DNA of 35,803 nucleotides, taken from assembly GCA_003990765.1 (NCBI GenBank), contig RBNJ01000238.1:1-35803 (forward strand), given 5' to 3'. Below the pieces are notes generated by a model. It was not told where the DNA came from, did no database searches, and was given only the letters and a program-made list of their open reading frames with translations. Below are positions 12,770-24,900 of this stretch, piece after piece. Numbering within the stretch: position 1 is the first letter of the stretch; each line of letters starts with the position of its first letter. Made by a program: the position numbers and the translations under genes. The DNA is from Jimgerdemannia flammicorona (taxonomy: Eukaryota).

Positions 12770-13915
12770 CAAGATTTGGTAGACAACCTTCTGAGTTTCT
12801 TTTCTATAACTTATACTCTCTTTATCTTGGATTAGTTTGCTATACCTATTGTAGAATAGTGGAAGAAAGATAATAGTAATAAGTTATATCTTTATTGATA
12901 TCAAATCAGTATCTTCTTTACTTTTTTATAGTTTCTGATACCTCTGGCTATATCTGAGATATACCTGTTTAGTGTGGTATAATTATAGTATATTATAAGC
13001 TATATAGAGAGTTGGTTAATCTTAGGTATTAAGTATTAGTATAAGTTACCTATAGGTTATCAGTACCTATAGTGGGGCCCTCTGAGCTTTGGTGAGTTTT
13101 CTGATAAGTATAGTTCTAGCATAGATAATTGTTTTTTAAGTGAGATCAGAATAGAAGAGGAGATGGCCATTACAGATAAGAGGATGAGTGATAATAATAG
13201 ACTGGTCAGATATCAGACTAGTAATAATTATCAGGGCTAGAGTGAGTGCTGCATTAGTGGAGCCTTCTGATTAGTATAGAGTGATTAGGTAATAGGTGTC
13301 ACTCTTGGCTACTTTTGGTAATATATAAGATTAGACCATAGTTATTAAAGGTAGTCAGGGAGTTTGAGGCTATCTAGGTTAGATATCTTGACTATACTTA
13401 ACTGAAACTAGGAGCTGATATAGCAATATAATCAAGGCCCACAGGCTTAAGTAGTAGGGTATTGGGAATCTTTTTTTATCTCATGGATAAGTTTTCTACT
13501 CATCTTATTGGAGAAAATCAGATCTTATCTACTATTCTATATTTTGAAAGGAGTTTTTTATTGTCTTTTACTCTATTTAAAATAGTAGAGACTATACAAA
13601 TTGACTTGAGTATAGCCTTGTATATATGTTATGGTTTTGGCTATATACCTTTAGTTATTGACATATGGTTGCTTTTCTCCTAATAATAGAGAGAGTATAG
13701 TATACAGAATAAGATATAGACTAACTTAAGCCCTACTGTGTCTGGTATAATTGAGCTACTAGACAATAGCTAGCCTAGGTTTAATAGAGATATAGTGCTC
13801 AGAGAGTAATGAAAGAGGGGTTTGGTCTATATAGTCTAGGTTTTCTTTTAATAAAAATCTATAGAACTTGAGTCTATTAAAAAAAAATAAAAAAAAAAAT
13901 AAAAAAAATAAAATA
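12770..13915 (-). mobile_element. Nested opposite-strand insertion with a probable Tc1/mariner transposase N-terminal HTH remnant (~13440-13690)
   Basis: Purine/pyrimidine skew reverses relative to the host element. The minus strand restores to about RHIAKT...TVSTILNR...SGRDPIFSDRTSRKLVREVKKDPR. Boundaries are approximate and TIRs unconfirmed. Confidence 0.45.
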
Positions 13916-14147
13916 TACAACTTACTGAGAATAGATAAAGGATATCATCAACTTTATAGAAACTTTAGACTCTACTAACAGAAGAGAAATTAACTATCTC
14001 TAAGACCTCTCTACTGAAGCCAGATGGCTATATCTTGATATTAAAGTATAGAGACTCTTAACTACAAGAGCCTCAGCTCAAGAACAGCCTGCTCTCAGCA
14101 AGAATATTACATAGTATATCTTACTATATCTTGAAGCCAGACTCTCA

Positions 14148-14520
14148 ATGAAAGCTCACAAAGAAGATATAGATTATAATCTTTGCAGTCTCTAAGATAA
14201 AACTATTAATTCTGAAAACACAGTACTTTTTAGTATAAAACTTACTATATAGTCACCCAAAGGCTTATATTTAACTGATCTCAAGATCTGGACTTACAAA
14301 ATAAGGAGTTAGTATAGAAGAAGAAATAACAGACCCTGGATATATAGATAAAATCAAGGTTATTCTGAAGAATAGCAATACTAAATAGATTCAAATCTAT
14401 AGAGAAGAGAAAATTTCCCAAGTAGTCTTTATAAAGGTTAAGATATCTCAATTTCAGAAAGTTTCTAAACTAACCTAGATACAGAAGGAGTTAATAATAT
14501 AGATATCAATATAGAAGATA
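14148..14520 (+). pseudogene. Trimeric dUTPase remnant inside the LTR element
   Basis: Directly readable SRSGLTK, DPGY..KIKVILKN and EKISQVVF; restored KAH..DAGYDL, RSGLA, GGV.DPGYTGEIKVIL, GEKISQ (dUTPase motifs 1-4). Confidence 0.85.
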
Positions 14521-14602
14521 TCTATAAATATTAGAATAATGACTAAAGAACAATCTGAGGACAGACCATTCTTTAGTAAAGGTTAATATAATAAGTAAAT
14601 AT

Positions 14603-15476
14603 TATAGTATAGCTAGATAATATATAAAATACTCAGTATAGTTACTCTACATAGTTACTCTTTATACTACTTATTGTATAAATAGCTGATATACTAAATT
14701 AGAACAAATTTTATATCTCTAGAATATATCTATATCTTAAGAGAATATCTGTACTCTGAAGAAACATCTGTTCCCTAAGATAATACTTTTCTAAATTAGC
14801 CTTACTATATATTTTATAATTAGTCATATAGTAACCAGTTAGCAATCCCAACTGTATAAAATATCCTAGTAATAAAAGTGAATAAACCTCAGGATGAAAA
14901 GTTCAAAAGCAAAAGATAAGTCTATGTAATATACTTCAAGAGATATGTCTACTAAAAGTTACTTAATCTAGAAAGGATTGCAATACTTAGGAGATTGTGA
15001 GCTTCCTTTTCTACCCTTATCTGCTTTCTGATATAAAGAAGAGAAGTCCCTCATCCCTTGCTTAAGCCAGTCAACCAGATACATCTTTGTAGTAAATTCA
15101 TTTGTATAAATGAAGTAGTTAATTGATATAACTTTACCAAGAAAAGTCTGCTAATTTTAGTCTACTTGCCAGATAAAGCCTGGATTATCTGCCCAAAGTT
15201 CAAGTAAAGATCTTAGCCATGACATCCAGAGAAATCTGTCAGATACAGAATCTGCACCATTAGAGAATAATCTGCTAAATCTGCCTTGTTATGCTGAATC
15301 CACCTAATAAGGAAATCACCAAAATTGCCCACATTATGTGAACCAGAGAACTCATACTTTTAGAAAACAACTGAACATTTTGTTACTTTTGACAAAGTAA
15401 CTAGGGGCTCAAGCCAATCTACATAGAAGCCCCAACCTTGTAATTTGCCTCCATTGAGCCGGCACGTTACACTACA
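14603..15476 (+). repeat. 3' LTR
   Basis: Homologous to 8225-9179; ends ...gttacactaca (canonical CA end, inverted relative to the restored tgtagt start). Confidence 0.85.
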
Positions 15477-16449
15477 TACCGTTGTGAATTTTATCTCCGC
15501 CGATTTCTAAAAAAAAAAAAAAAAAAAAAAAAGAAAAATTACTTAGTGCTGCATGTTACAAACCTACACTTTTCCCAACAGTCGCGCTTATTAACTATGT
15601 TCCAGAACGGAGGTGTTGGGGTTATATGCAGTTTGACTTTCTGAATAATCTTATCAATCGTATCGTACGCACAGAATAATGTGGTTTAAGGTTGTTGTGC
15701 GGTTAATCAAAATATTATGTCCAAATGAACACTCGCTTACGCGAAAAATAAAATAAGATAAATAAAGGATACAACAAATACCATACTGCCTGGGATGATG
15801 GGACTGACTGGCGCCGTCCTACCTCTCTGTCGAATTCTTCGTCAGATTCAGGAAGAATCGTACACAAGCGTAATCACTACATACTCTCTAGTCTTGCCAA
15901 ACCGATAGCATATCCCATGGCTACTTGAAATCTCAAATTTATCAAATCGCCACACAACAAGGTGATGGTTTTTTCTTCTTTGACGAGTTTGTTCCGTTCA
16001 CGAAAGTCGAGTATTTACCAAGATAGCCATTTGATGTCGGGTCTTTGCTAACTTTTATATATACCACGTAGGAATATTCCCATCTCTGCCGGTTCGGGAA
16101 TGTTTGCCACGAATTGAACGACCCTGAACACCAACAATATCACATCCATAAACATCTGCCGAGCTGCTGGAACAATCGGATGGAATTGTGCACAGATCGG
16201 TGACTGGTCATACCGCGAGAGCTTTCAGCACAGCAGAATGCCCTACATTTTGATTCCATGCAATATTGATTTACAGTGCCCTAGAGCCAGCGACCCAGTG
16301 CATATCATGACCTACAAGCATGTTTGAGAGAGTGAGTGAGCAGTGTGGGATAGCTTATGGTGAATGACAATAAATGGTTATCCATTTTTCAGACCCGACG
16401 GTTAGACTCTTATTTTTTCGGAAGATGAAAGGGAATGATCTGCGCTTTT

Positions 16450-17200
16450 GTAGATGCCAACGGTAAACTCGATTCAATCAATATTAAAAATAAACAAAAA
16501 TAAAAAACGTGATACAATACCAACTCAAATTGTGAATGCCAACGCATACGATGAGGAAGTCGCAGGCAAAATCCAAATGCACCAAATTACACTCTTCACC
16601 TCCCACTGCGTAGTGATACGGCTTCCAGCCGAACAGGGTTTGGCGTATGTGCATGTAATTCAACAACCCGATGTACCGATTTTCCTTGGCCACATGCATT
16701 GCATCTCCTTTTAATCTATCTTCGTCAACGGTTGTATGATCAGTGTTCTAACTGACAATAATTGATTATGTGCCGCTGCACGATGGCAGAGCCAAAGAGT
16801 AATCAAACACGATCTCCAAGGGCTCCATTTTCCCACACCGCAACAACAACGGCGTCTAATCTCCCTCGCGCTCTTCCATTGTCAGTTTTGGCGGTTATCA
16901 AAAATCATTTCAATGTTTTTCCTGGTCTTCGATAATCCCAGTGGAAAGTAATCGAATCCTTGTACAATGTCTTTGTTTGGCGGTTTTGACGTTAAGAGTG
17001 CGAACTAAGCAGAAGTCAAAGGGCCTCCTCAATGGTCACTTTATCCACTTCAGTCGCCCATGACTAAGAGACATAATTTCGACTCGCCACGATAACGTCC
17101 CCGTCTGTTGCCGGAATAACGGTTCGTCGCCAGCCCTCTAAATGCGTCAATAGTTGCTTTGCCGTCGAAATGAAACCCATAAGACATGAGAATATTTTTT
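16450..17200 (-). pseudogene. Degenerate coding remnant, possibly a PD-(D/E)xK/REase-like domain
   Basis: Frameshifted minus-strand fragments GRARGRLDAVVVAVWENGA/LEIVFDYS and DHTTVDEDRLKGDAMH resemble the D...E...DH..D..KL pattern of expanded Mucoromycota REase-like families. Weak. Confidence 0.3.
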
Positions 17201-18149
17201 GAGATGCTGGAAGCAACATTTCAACATAATCTCGGATGCATCGCTTTGAAATATCCTTTCGGCACAGAAATTATTTTTTGAGCTTGATTGGAGCTATCTT
17301 ATCAGCTTTACTGGCGAAATAAAATAAAATAAATGGGGTTGGCTCAATAATTGGAATTCACTGAAAGATACCACATATGCAATTCTATATCCTTGCCAAA
17401 GCTTACGGTCACCGTTGAGCAACTACTATTGGCACATCTTACGGACGATTGACTGCCTAACAGCTGAAGCGACGATTAAACGATTAATTGCATTAGGTGC
17501 ATTAACTGCCAGGTTACCTGCTTCTTAAAATGGTTTATTGGATTTTAACCTGGGTTGGAGAGCGAAGTGGCTAAATATGAACTCCACAGAACCTTCAATC
17601 GCCATGAACGCACTTAATCGTTATATGCACAAAGAATCTGTCAAGTTGACAAAACTCCCTTTAGAAGTGAGTTCTTTTAACAAACTTTCTCTATTGGAGT
17701 ATCCGGTCACAAAGCATTGCAGGAACATCCTGCATAAAGTGGAAAATCATTTTCTGTGCGTGTCGACACATATTAATAAGCATTTTCCTGCCAAAATATG
17801 AAGAATGACAGAACCGAGACTAAGCATTACTCCACTATTTTTTATTGGGATCCCAATAATGGATTCATTGCTCGCCAAAAAAAAAAAAAAAAAATCACAC
17901 GTGCCATCCTCACATTGCACTCAGCCACTGGTTCGTAATCATCGATTTTGCGCCGCCAGTATCCCTCACAAAATAAAGCCAACAGCGACGGCGGTTCGTA
18001 AATGATTCTATTGTGTAACATCCAACGACATGACACTCTGAATATTTTTTACGGATTGGAAAATGCTACGGTGTCTATCAGACACGACAACACCGCCATA
18101 GTTAGCGGATTATCGGCTGACACGCTTATATTTTTATCTCCCTAGGAAC

Positions 18150-21100
18150 AATAATGATTACTCGGTAATCCCATTTTGATGGCAATGAAATCTTTGAAAT
18201 ATCGATCTGTAATAATGCTCTAACATAGATTATTCGCAATCGCTCCTTTGCCGTCGGGTCCGTCCGATTTTCATCAGTTCACCGCCTCCACTGATCAGCA
18301 AGGTCGAACGAACCGTTTCGTCCCTCGCAATGATGACGGAGAGGTAAAATATGAGAACCCGCAGACTTTTCTGGAATTTTTGCCATATCCACAGCCAACC
18401 CGAGGTGATGAGAGAGATGGCAGGAGCATCCAAGTTACTGGATTGTCATCTGCAACACCAACGGGACCCCCGCACCCTTACAGTTGTGAATCGAATGAAG
18501 AATATCAACTGTTCCACCCTCATTCCTGGAACCATCACGAAGGTGAGTTGTGGGATAGAATTTATGGCGAAAGGGCGTGTGCGCTCCAGGATTCGTTGAA
18601 GGAACACCGGGCGCATTTGCACGCATACTCATACCTCACCCACTGTAACCTTGCTTCTCTTCTATTTTATCCACAGCCGTCGCCGATGACAAGTAGATTT
18701 GCTCCATCTGCAACATGATCCTCGGCAACGATGTGAAGATCGTCAACTCCCATATCGATATCCGCCTTGCCAACAGCGCCAACGCTCCGTGCCGTCATCA
18801 CCAACCAAACGTTGCGAGTGTCGAGGCCATAGAAACTACCTCGTGCCCACTGGATGGCGAGAATTCAACGGTGTATCTGGTCGGGATACCCCAGAACTTT
18901 AACGAAGCACATATTATTAATATGGTATGTCAGATTAAAGTCAATTTGAGAAATGCGAATGCCTACATTGCAATTATCGCCGACATAATCTATTGTCGGT
19001 TTACATCAAACGCGCTTCCCTAAATCTACCTCTGCAGTTTTCCGCGGTTTTCGGGGATGTTCTTTGTTGCAAAATCGGCAGTGTGACGCGAATCGCTTGG
19101 CTGAAATTCGCGTGCGACGAATTTGCTAAGAACGCTTTGGCTGCTGAAAGCGTGATAATTCCGCCGGATGAAGGTGGAGAAATCGTTGAAGTAAAGATCA
19201 AGAAGAAGTGAGTCTTAATGTTCGGTTTGTGATTATGTTGAAATGTATCGCAGTCCCGAATTTTGCTTCACGTTTTACGCAACACCAACCAGGATGACAG
19301 CAACTCTCTATGTTGGAGGGAGTCTCGGAAACTTTCACGCGACCAACATACAAAATCACCTGTCTGAGGTATTCAAGGGCCATTGGAAGTGTGAAACCGA
19401 GAGTAGAATACAGGATGTCCTCGCTTTTGACTGTGATTTTGAAGCTGCCGAAAAGGCATTGGCCTTGCAGAAGTACGAAATCCAAATTATATGAAATTAT
19501 TATTATTATCTTGAGGAAATCTGCTTGTCTATGATTCAAACCAATCACCCAACCTACCATGCACAATCACTTTCTCTTTATTTAATAGATTCACCTATAA
19601 CCAACAGATCCTCACATTCCACACCAGTGTGATTTATTTGGAAGAACTACCTCCGACTGCTACACGCGAGAAGATCACCAATGTATTTCAAGACATGCTG
19701 CCCACAATCGGGAATATGAACGTGATTATACATAGTGAGGAAGGTACTGCGGTGGTTATGTTATCAAATTCTGCGTCAAAAAAAGAGCTGCTAGCGTTGA
19801 ATAATGTCCAAGTAAGTCGTATTCAACACATGGTGACTTAAACGCAGGTTCTACCCATGTTCGAATTGGGTGCCCAACGAAATTCGTTGTAATCCACTAG
19901 ATCGATAACAAACCGGTAATGATATTCCGTGAAGTTGTTCCGAAGGTCTGCATAGAGGACATACCACATGAATTGCTCCAACAGCCCCAGGATGCGTTTG
20001 TTCGGGCCATCAATATCATGTCAATCTTTGAAGGAATGATCACCAGCGTCGACTTGCGTAGGAGGGAGGGAATGGCTATCTTGTCACTGATCGACAACAA
20101 ACCCCGCTCCAGGTAAGTTGCAATCTCGGCCTCGGTATTAACGTAAATCGGTATGGAAACGCCATTTAAATCATTGGATTTCTCTATCATCTCCTAGGGT
20201 ATTGGGTTATTGTGAGTCATCCGCCCCGTTTCTCCAAGGGCGGCCAGTGTTCATCCGTGCCATGCGGGCAATGCCGGCAATTTTTGCGTTTTATGATGAA
20301 TGGTATCAATGCACCCAGGTTCACGGATCGATCGGTATGACAAAATCAATTGCGAGATCGAATTTAATACCTGACCGTAAACCTTTGAAGTTTATTTCCC
20401 GCTTTCCGAAAACGTGAAAAATTCGTCAGATAAATATGCCGCCGACGACTCGGTATTTTTGCGAGAATGGAAACCCGAAATATGGAAGCAATGGAAGTCG
20501 AAATACGCCGACGATCTCACAAAAGCGATGAGTGTGAGTTCAAAGACCGCTGTTATGGCCTTTTTTTCTTGTATGATAGAAGGCTCATTTTTCCTTACAT
20601 GGTACGATTTCAGAGAAACGATAACGAGGTCATCAGCCGCGCTAACCAGCAAATGCATGGAATTAGAATCACCGTAATGCTGGCCCCTTTGTCTGCTCTT
20701 CGCAACGGGTATTATTGTCCCTCTGATCGGGATCCCACTGTGAGGATCGACATCCCTCCGCCAAGTCAACATTCAGAACAGTTCTCCTCCGCGGCTCTTC
20801 CTCCAGCTTCGACAGCTAGCTATGATCGAACGTCGGTTTCCGTAATTAAACAAGATTGTCTTCTGGCGGCACTAAACATGAAGGAACGTGGACTTCGGCC
20901 GGTGGTCCTCATCGTGGCTTCAGTGTGTAAGCCAAAATCGTTTATCGGATGGTTCTATTTGTTCTTAGGGGCAACTCATTGATTTTTATGTCATTCTTCA
21001 ATTTTAGGCGACGAGTCCCGGCGGCGGATATCGGAAAGGAGATGGTGCTCAGGAAGAGAATATTTTTCGTTGATCAAACTACTTCTTGAGCCTCGACGAT

Positions 21101-21495
21101 CCCACGAATCAACGACGCCCCACCTATCCTATCGCCGAATTTGGTGGCATTTATACACCTGATATCACGATCTTTCGTGATTCGGAGGATTCGGGATACG
21201 TTTTTCGTCAGGTGCCTTTCACTGTGGATTTCGTAGCCGTTGCCGCTTATCGGTATGTCACGTGAATAGCAATGCCGAGTCTATGATGCCATCGACGCCT
21301 ACTAATTTCAATCCTCTTTGGTTACCGGTAGCAAACCGAAGCTGCAGAATAACCGTCTTTCCCATGAAGACGCTGCTCGGACGCGCAGAAAGATTGAAGC
21401 AATTTTTGCAATTGCACTCCATAAGGGTCATGACAGTTTGCTACTGTCGGCGTTTGGGTGCGGTGCTTTCCAAAATCCTCCAGCCCAAATTGCAG
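18150..21495 (+). pseudogene. Multi-exon gene: UBZ-like Zn finger + about 4 RRM-like domains + bacterial-type PARG macrodomain (DUF2263/TIGR02452); disrupted and 3'-truncated
   Basis: CSICNMILGNDVKIVNSHIDIRL (18700-18768). RRM-like TVYLVGIP...IAWLKF, TLYVGG, VIYLEELP, KVCIEDIP. PARG: DCLLAA...PVVLIVAS|ATSPGGGYRKGDGAQEENIFR, GGIYTPDITIFR, VDFVAVAA, GHDSLLLSAFGCGAFQNPP. Stops at 18694-18696 and 21071-21073; cut by DIRS at ~21500. Start approximate. Confidence 0.85.
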
Positions 21496-21499
21496 GTAA

Positions 21500-21918
21500 G
21501 GACCATTCCCGGATGGACGAGGCGCCGTAGGCGCCGAAGTCTGTCCCAGACTTTGCGAGCTTTGTGGAGGACCGTGAGGAGTTGGTTTCTGCCATCCTGA
21601 AAGTAAACATATATACATGTGGTTTTCATCTGTCTAAGACCTATGTGTGAGACATGTAAAACATAGTAATAAAAGAATGTCTCCCACTCCCACAGAGTCC
21701 CTTAGCCCAGAAAGCTTGGCATGTGAGCCCAGGAAAGGAAAACCCCGAAGGGGAAAAAGGAAAAAAGCCGAGTGGAAAGCATGACCGGAAGAAGGAAGAG
21801 AAGGAAAAACGGGTTGGGATAGGGCAGGAAACCAACTCCTCATGGTCCTCTACAAAGTTTTTAAAGTTTGGGACAGACTTCAGCACCTATGGTGCCTCAT
21901 CCATCTGGGACTAAGTCT
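21500..21918. repeat. DIRS terminal sequence (21500-21597) and its inverted internal complementary region (21817-21918)
   Basis: cccggatggacgaggcgccgtaggcgccgaagtctgtccc... aligns with the reverse complement of ...gggacagacttcagcacctatggtgcctcatccatctggg over about 100 bp. Confidence 0.9.
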
Positions 21919-24900
21919 TGCTTTGTTCTGGACCATTTCAGAGTTGGTTGTTCATAGACTGAAGGCAAGTAGAGCACCAGAGAGGTGTCTTGCAGATGTC
22001 CTGGCCCTTATGCTAGAGGACTATATAGACCAGAGAGGAAGCCCAAGCTTCTTCAGAAAGGGCAGGTGTCTGATGGAAAAAGATGGTAATGGTACTTGAA
22101 GGTTGTCTGAGAGCTCCAGTTACTGCTCTTGAGGATCTTACAATGGGTATGTCTTCTTCCAGGGCCTCAGTAGAAGACTCTACTCAGATAGAGTGTGAGC
22201 AGTAAATAGGATTAATATCTGCCACTACTATATACTTGGAAAATCAGTTATAAAGATGATCAGAGGTGAGGTTGTGATATAGAGAGTACATACTGATGAA
22301 AAGATAGTTATGTATCATTAATAGGGAGGTAGAGTGGCTTTATCTTGTAAGTTCAACAGAAAGCTCAGTAGACAAGATATAGATCCCTATCTTCTAGAAG
22401 AGTAAAGATGGAGTGGGAGACCTTGGTGGCAATGTTGAGAGTATATTTCTTGATCATATCAGTCATCAGGACTATCTTGGTCAGCCAATCATCCATGCTA
22501 CTGCAAAAACTAATAGTAGCCTGGTATCTAATAAAGTTGCTGGCCTCTCTCAAAGATATACATGAGGTCAGTAGAGTATGGATCTTCTTGTCATACATAT
22601 AAGATCTGAGATTTGAGATCATTATAAGAGCCCAAAGAAGTCAGCTACTATATAAGAGAGGCCACATCTCATTGGCTGAACTTGTTCTTAGAAGGAGGGA
22701 GTAAAGGTTAGTAGTACCTCAGATAAGATGAGTGATAAAAGAAAGGGTGAAAAAATGGGCTCTATATATCATGAGCATCTACTATCTAATGGTCATATAA
22801 ATACTATAAAGTTGATGAGTACTCATTCTCTCCTAGAAGAGCTGAGCCAAGCAGTAGATATACTATTTAGTAGTAGTATACATAGGATCAATATACTATC
22901 AATAGTACTAATGAGCATAGTATTAGAAGGCAGACTCATAGTTCTTATAGGAGGAAGTCTAAATACTAATCCAGATAAGTTGGTAAGTCTATAGTACTAG
23001 TATAGTAGTATTAGGAGATTGCTATTAATTTGTCATACTAGAGTGATCTAGCATATCATCTTGGTCATCAATGCTATTATTAGAAAGTAAGAAAAAAGGA
23101 AAATAGAAGATACTGTGGCTATACTGAGAAGTTTAGATTATTAGCTCTATTACATCTAAAATAGTATAATGAGAATGAGATATTAGTAGCAGTTTATCTT
23201 AACCTTGTATAGGATATAATTAATGAGAATCTAGAGCAGGTTAGTATATACTCTATAGGCTGACCAAAAGTATCAGAATACATCTATCTTCAGGGTCTCA
23301 AGATCTGCTCAATAACTATAAAAAAGTGGAGTTTGGACTATTATCTAGAATATAAAAAGATTCAGAAAGATGGGGCCCCATTGAAGGAGGTGGTAGAAGA
23401 CCTGAGAGTTTAGTTGTCAGTCATTAGAGTATAGATAGATATAGCTGAGAAAGTCTGTCCATATATTTTCAGTACTGGAGATATGTTTGACAAAGAGGAG
23501 AATCTTCTTTATCAGATAGAGATGATAGATCCAGACTATATCAGTATTTAGATAGTAGAGAGAGCTTCTCTACTTATTGATGAATATTTTTATAGTCATG
23601 TTGTCTATCTATATGAGAACTATGATTCTCTCAATGGTAGCTATTGATCTATAAGGCAAAAAGGACTATTTTGAGCTCTCAGTAATTGATGAATTGACCT
23701 CTCTCCCATGGAGTTCAGGAGCTCATTATCTGATATATGGTACATAAGATACTAATAGTAGAGGCAATATTGAAACCCCATCTATAATTACTTACATCAG
23801 TATTGATAGTAGCTTCAGAGTACTCAGAGAGTAGAGATCTATTATTCTACTCAGCCAGATCAAGAGACTACTACTGTAGATTATTACATAATATTAGAGA
23901 AATAGTTATCAGACTGTTTCAATTATTGTTACTTATTGTCAGGGCTCTCTGAATGTCCTGAATCAAAAATCAAACCTAGAAATAAGCTGAAAAAACCATC
24001 TGAGTTATAGAGTTATACAGGCCCACCAGAGATGTGATGTTGTAGATCAGAGTTAGGGCTACATAGTAAAGAAGAGAGGCATTTTTCTTATAAATCTTAT
24101 AGTGGTAGATATAGTTCTATCTTGATAGTATTGACCAGAAACCCCAAGAAAGTCTGTTGTTGATGGAGTTTTCAGATATATTTGATAGGGTGTAGGAGAA
24201 ACTCCAGCACTTCTAAATAGTAGTAGACAATCTTTCCATGACAAAGAACTTCTTCTATAAGAAGGCTAGAAGATAGATATCATTAATATAGTAGGTCAAC
24301 CAGATGCTCTATAATTAGAGAAGTATCAGAATAGCTACTATTATCTTCATCTATATCTAGAGGGCAGATAATAGCCTAAATAACATAATCTAGAACTTCT
24401 AGTTGATCTGGTATTAGCAAAAGGTCAGAAACTATTAATTATCTAGGTAGAGAAAAATGTGAAGGTAGGTGTCCTTGATATTGATATTGATGAGATAGTC
24501 ATTCAGATGAACCATATGATAAAGAGTTTAGATTTCCTCTATCTTGAAATATAGATACTATATAAATTTATTCAATAAATATATATTAAGGTATATCTGA
24601 ATCTTGTCAATCTGGAGAACAGTAAAGATGTTGAAAAAGTATAGTAGTTTCTCTTGTAAGGTAATGTAGATAGTATCCTTATTTTAAAACTTAGTAATAG
24701 TAGTATTCACTAGAGCCTTCTCTATCTGGAATATTCTCTATTTATAGAAAAACAGAGTTTGATCCAAAGAAGGTTTAGAAAACTTATCTATTTGATCTGT
24801 ATCTTATTGTAAACAATATTGATAATTTACTAGTCAATGCCCAAGTTCTTCCATATGGCCTTAAAGATTATAAAGAGGTATGTCCCTATCTTAGAGATAA

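Larger units (their letters stand above)
8225..15476 (+). mobile_element. Hypermutated LTR retrotransposon (Ty3/Gypsy-like gag/protease), apparently non-autonomous, with dUTPase
   Basis: Direct repeats 8225-9179 and 14603-15476, PBS after LTR1, and decayed gag CCHC, aspartic protease and dUTPase recognisable after reversing C>T/G>A changes. Confidence 0.9.

Noticed and set aside
13068..13740. Candidate Tc1 TIRs (tatagtggggccc / ccctactgtg)
   Set aside because: Match limited to about 9 bp with no convincing TA duplication; not reported as boundaries.
15780..16330. Possible additional minus-strand exon(s)
   Set aside because: No open frame or motif that I could recognise.
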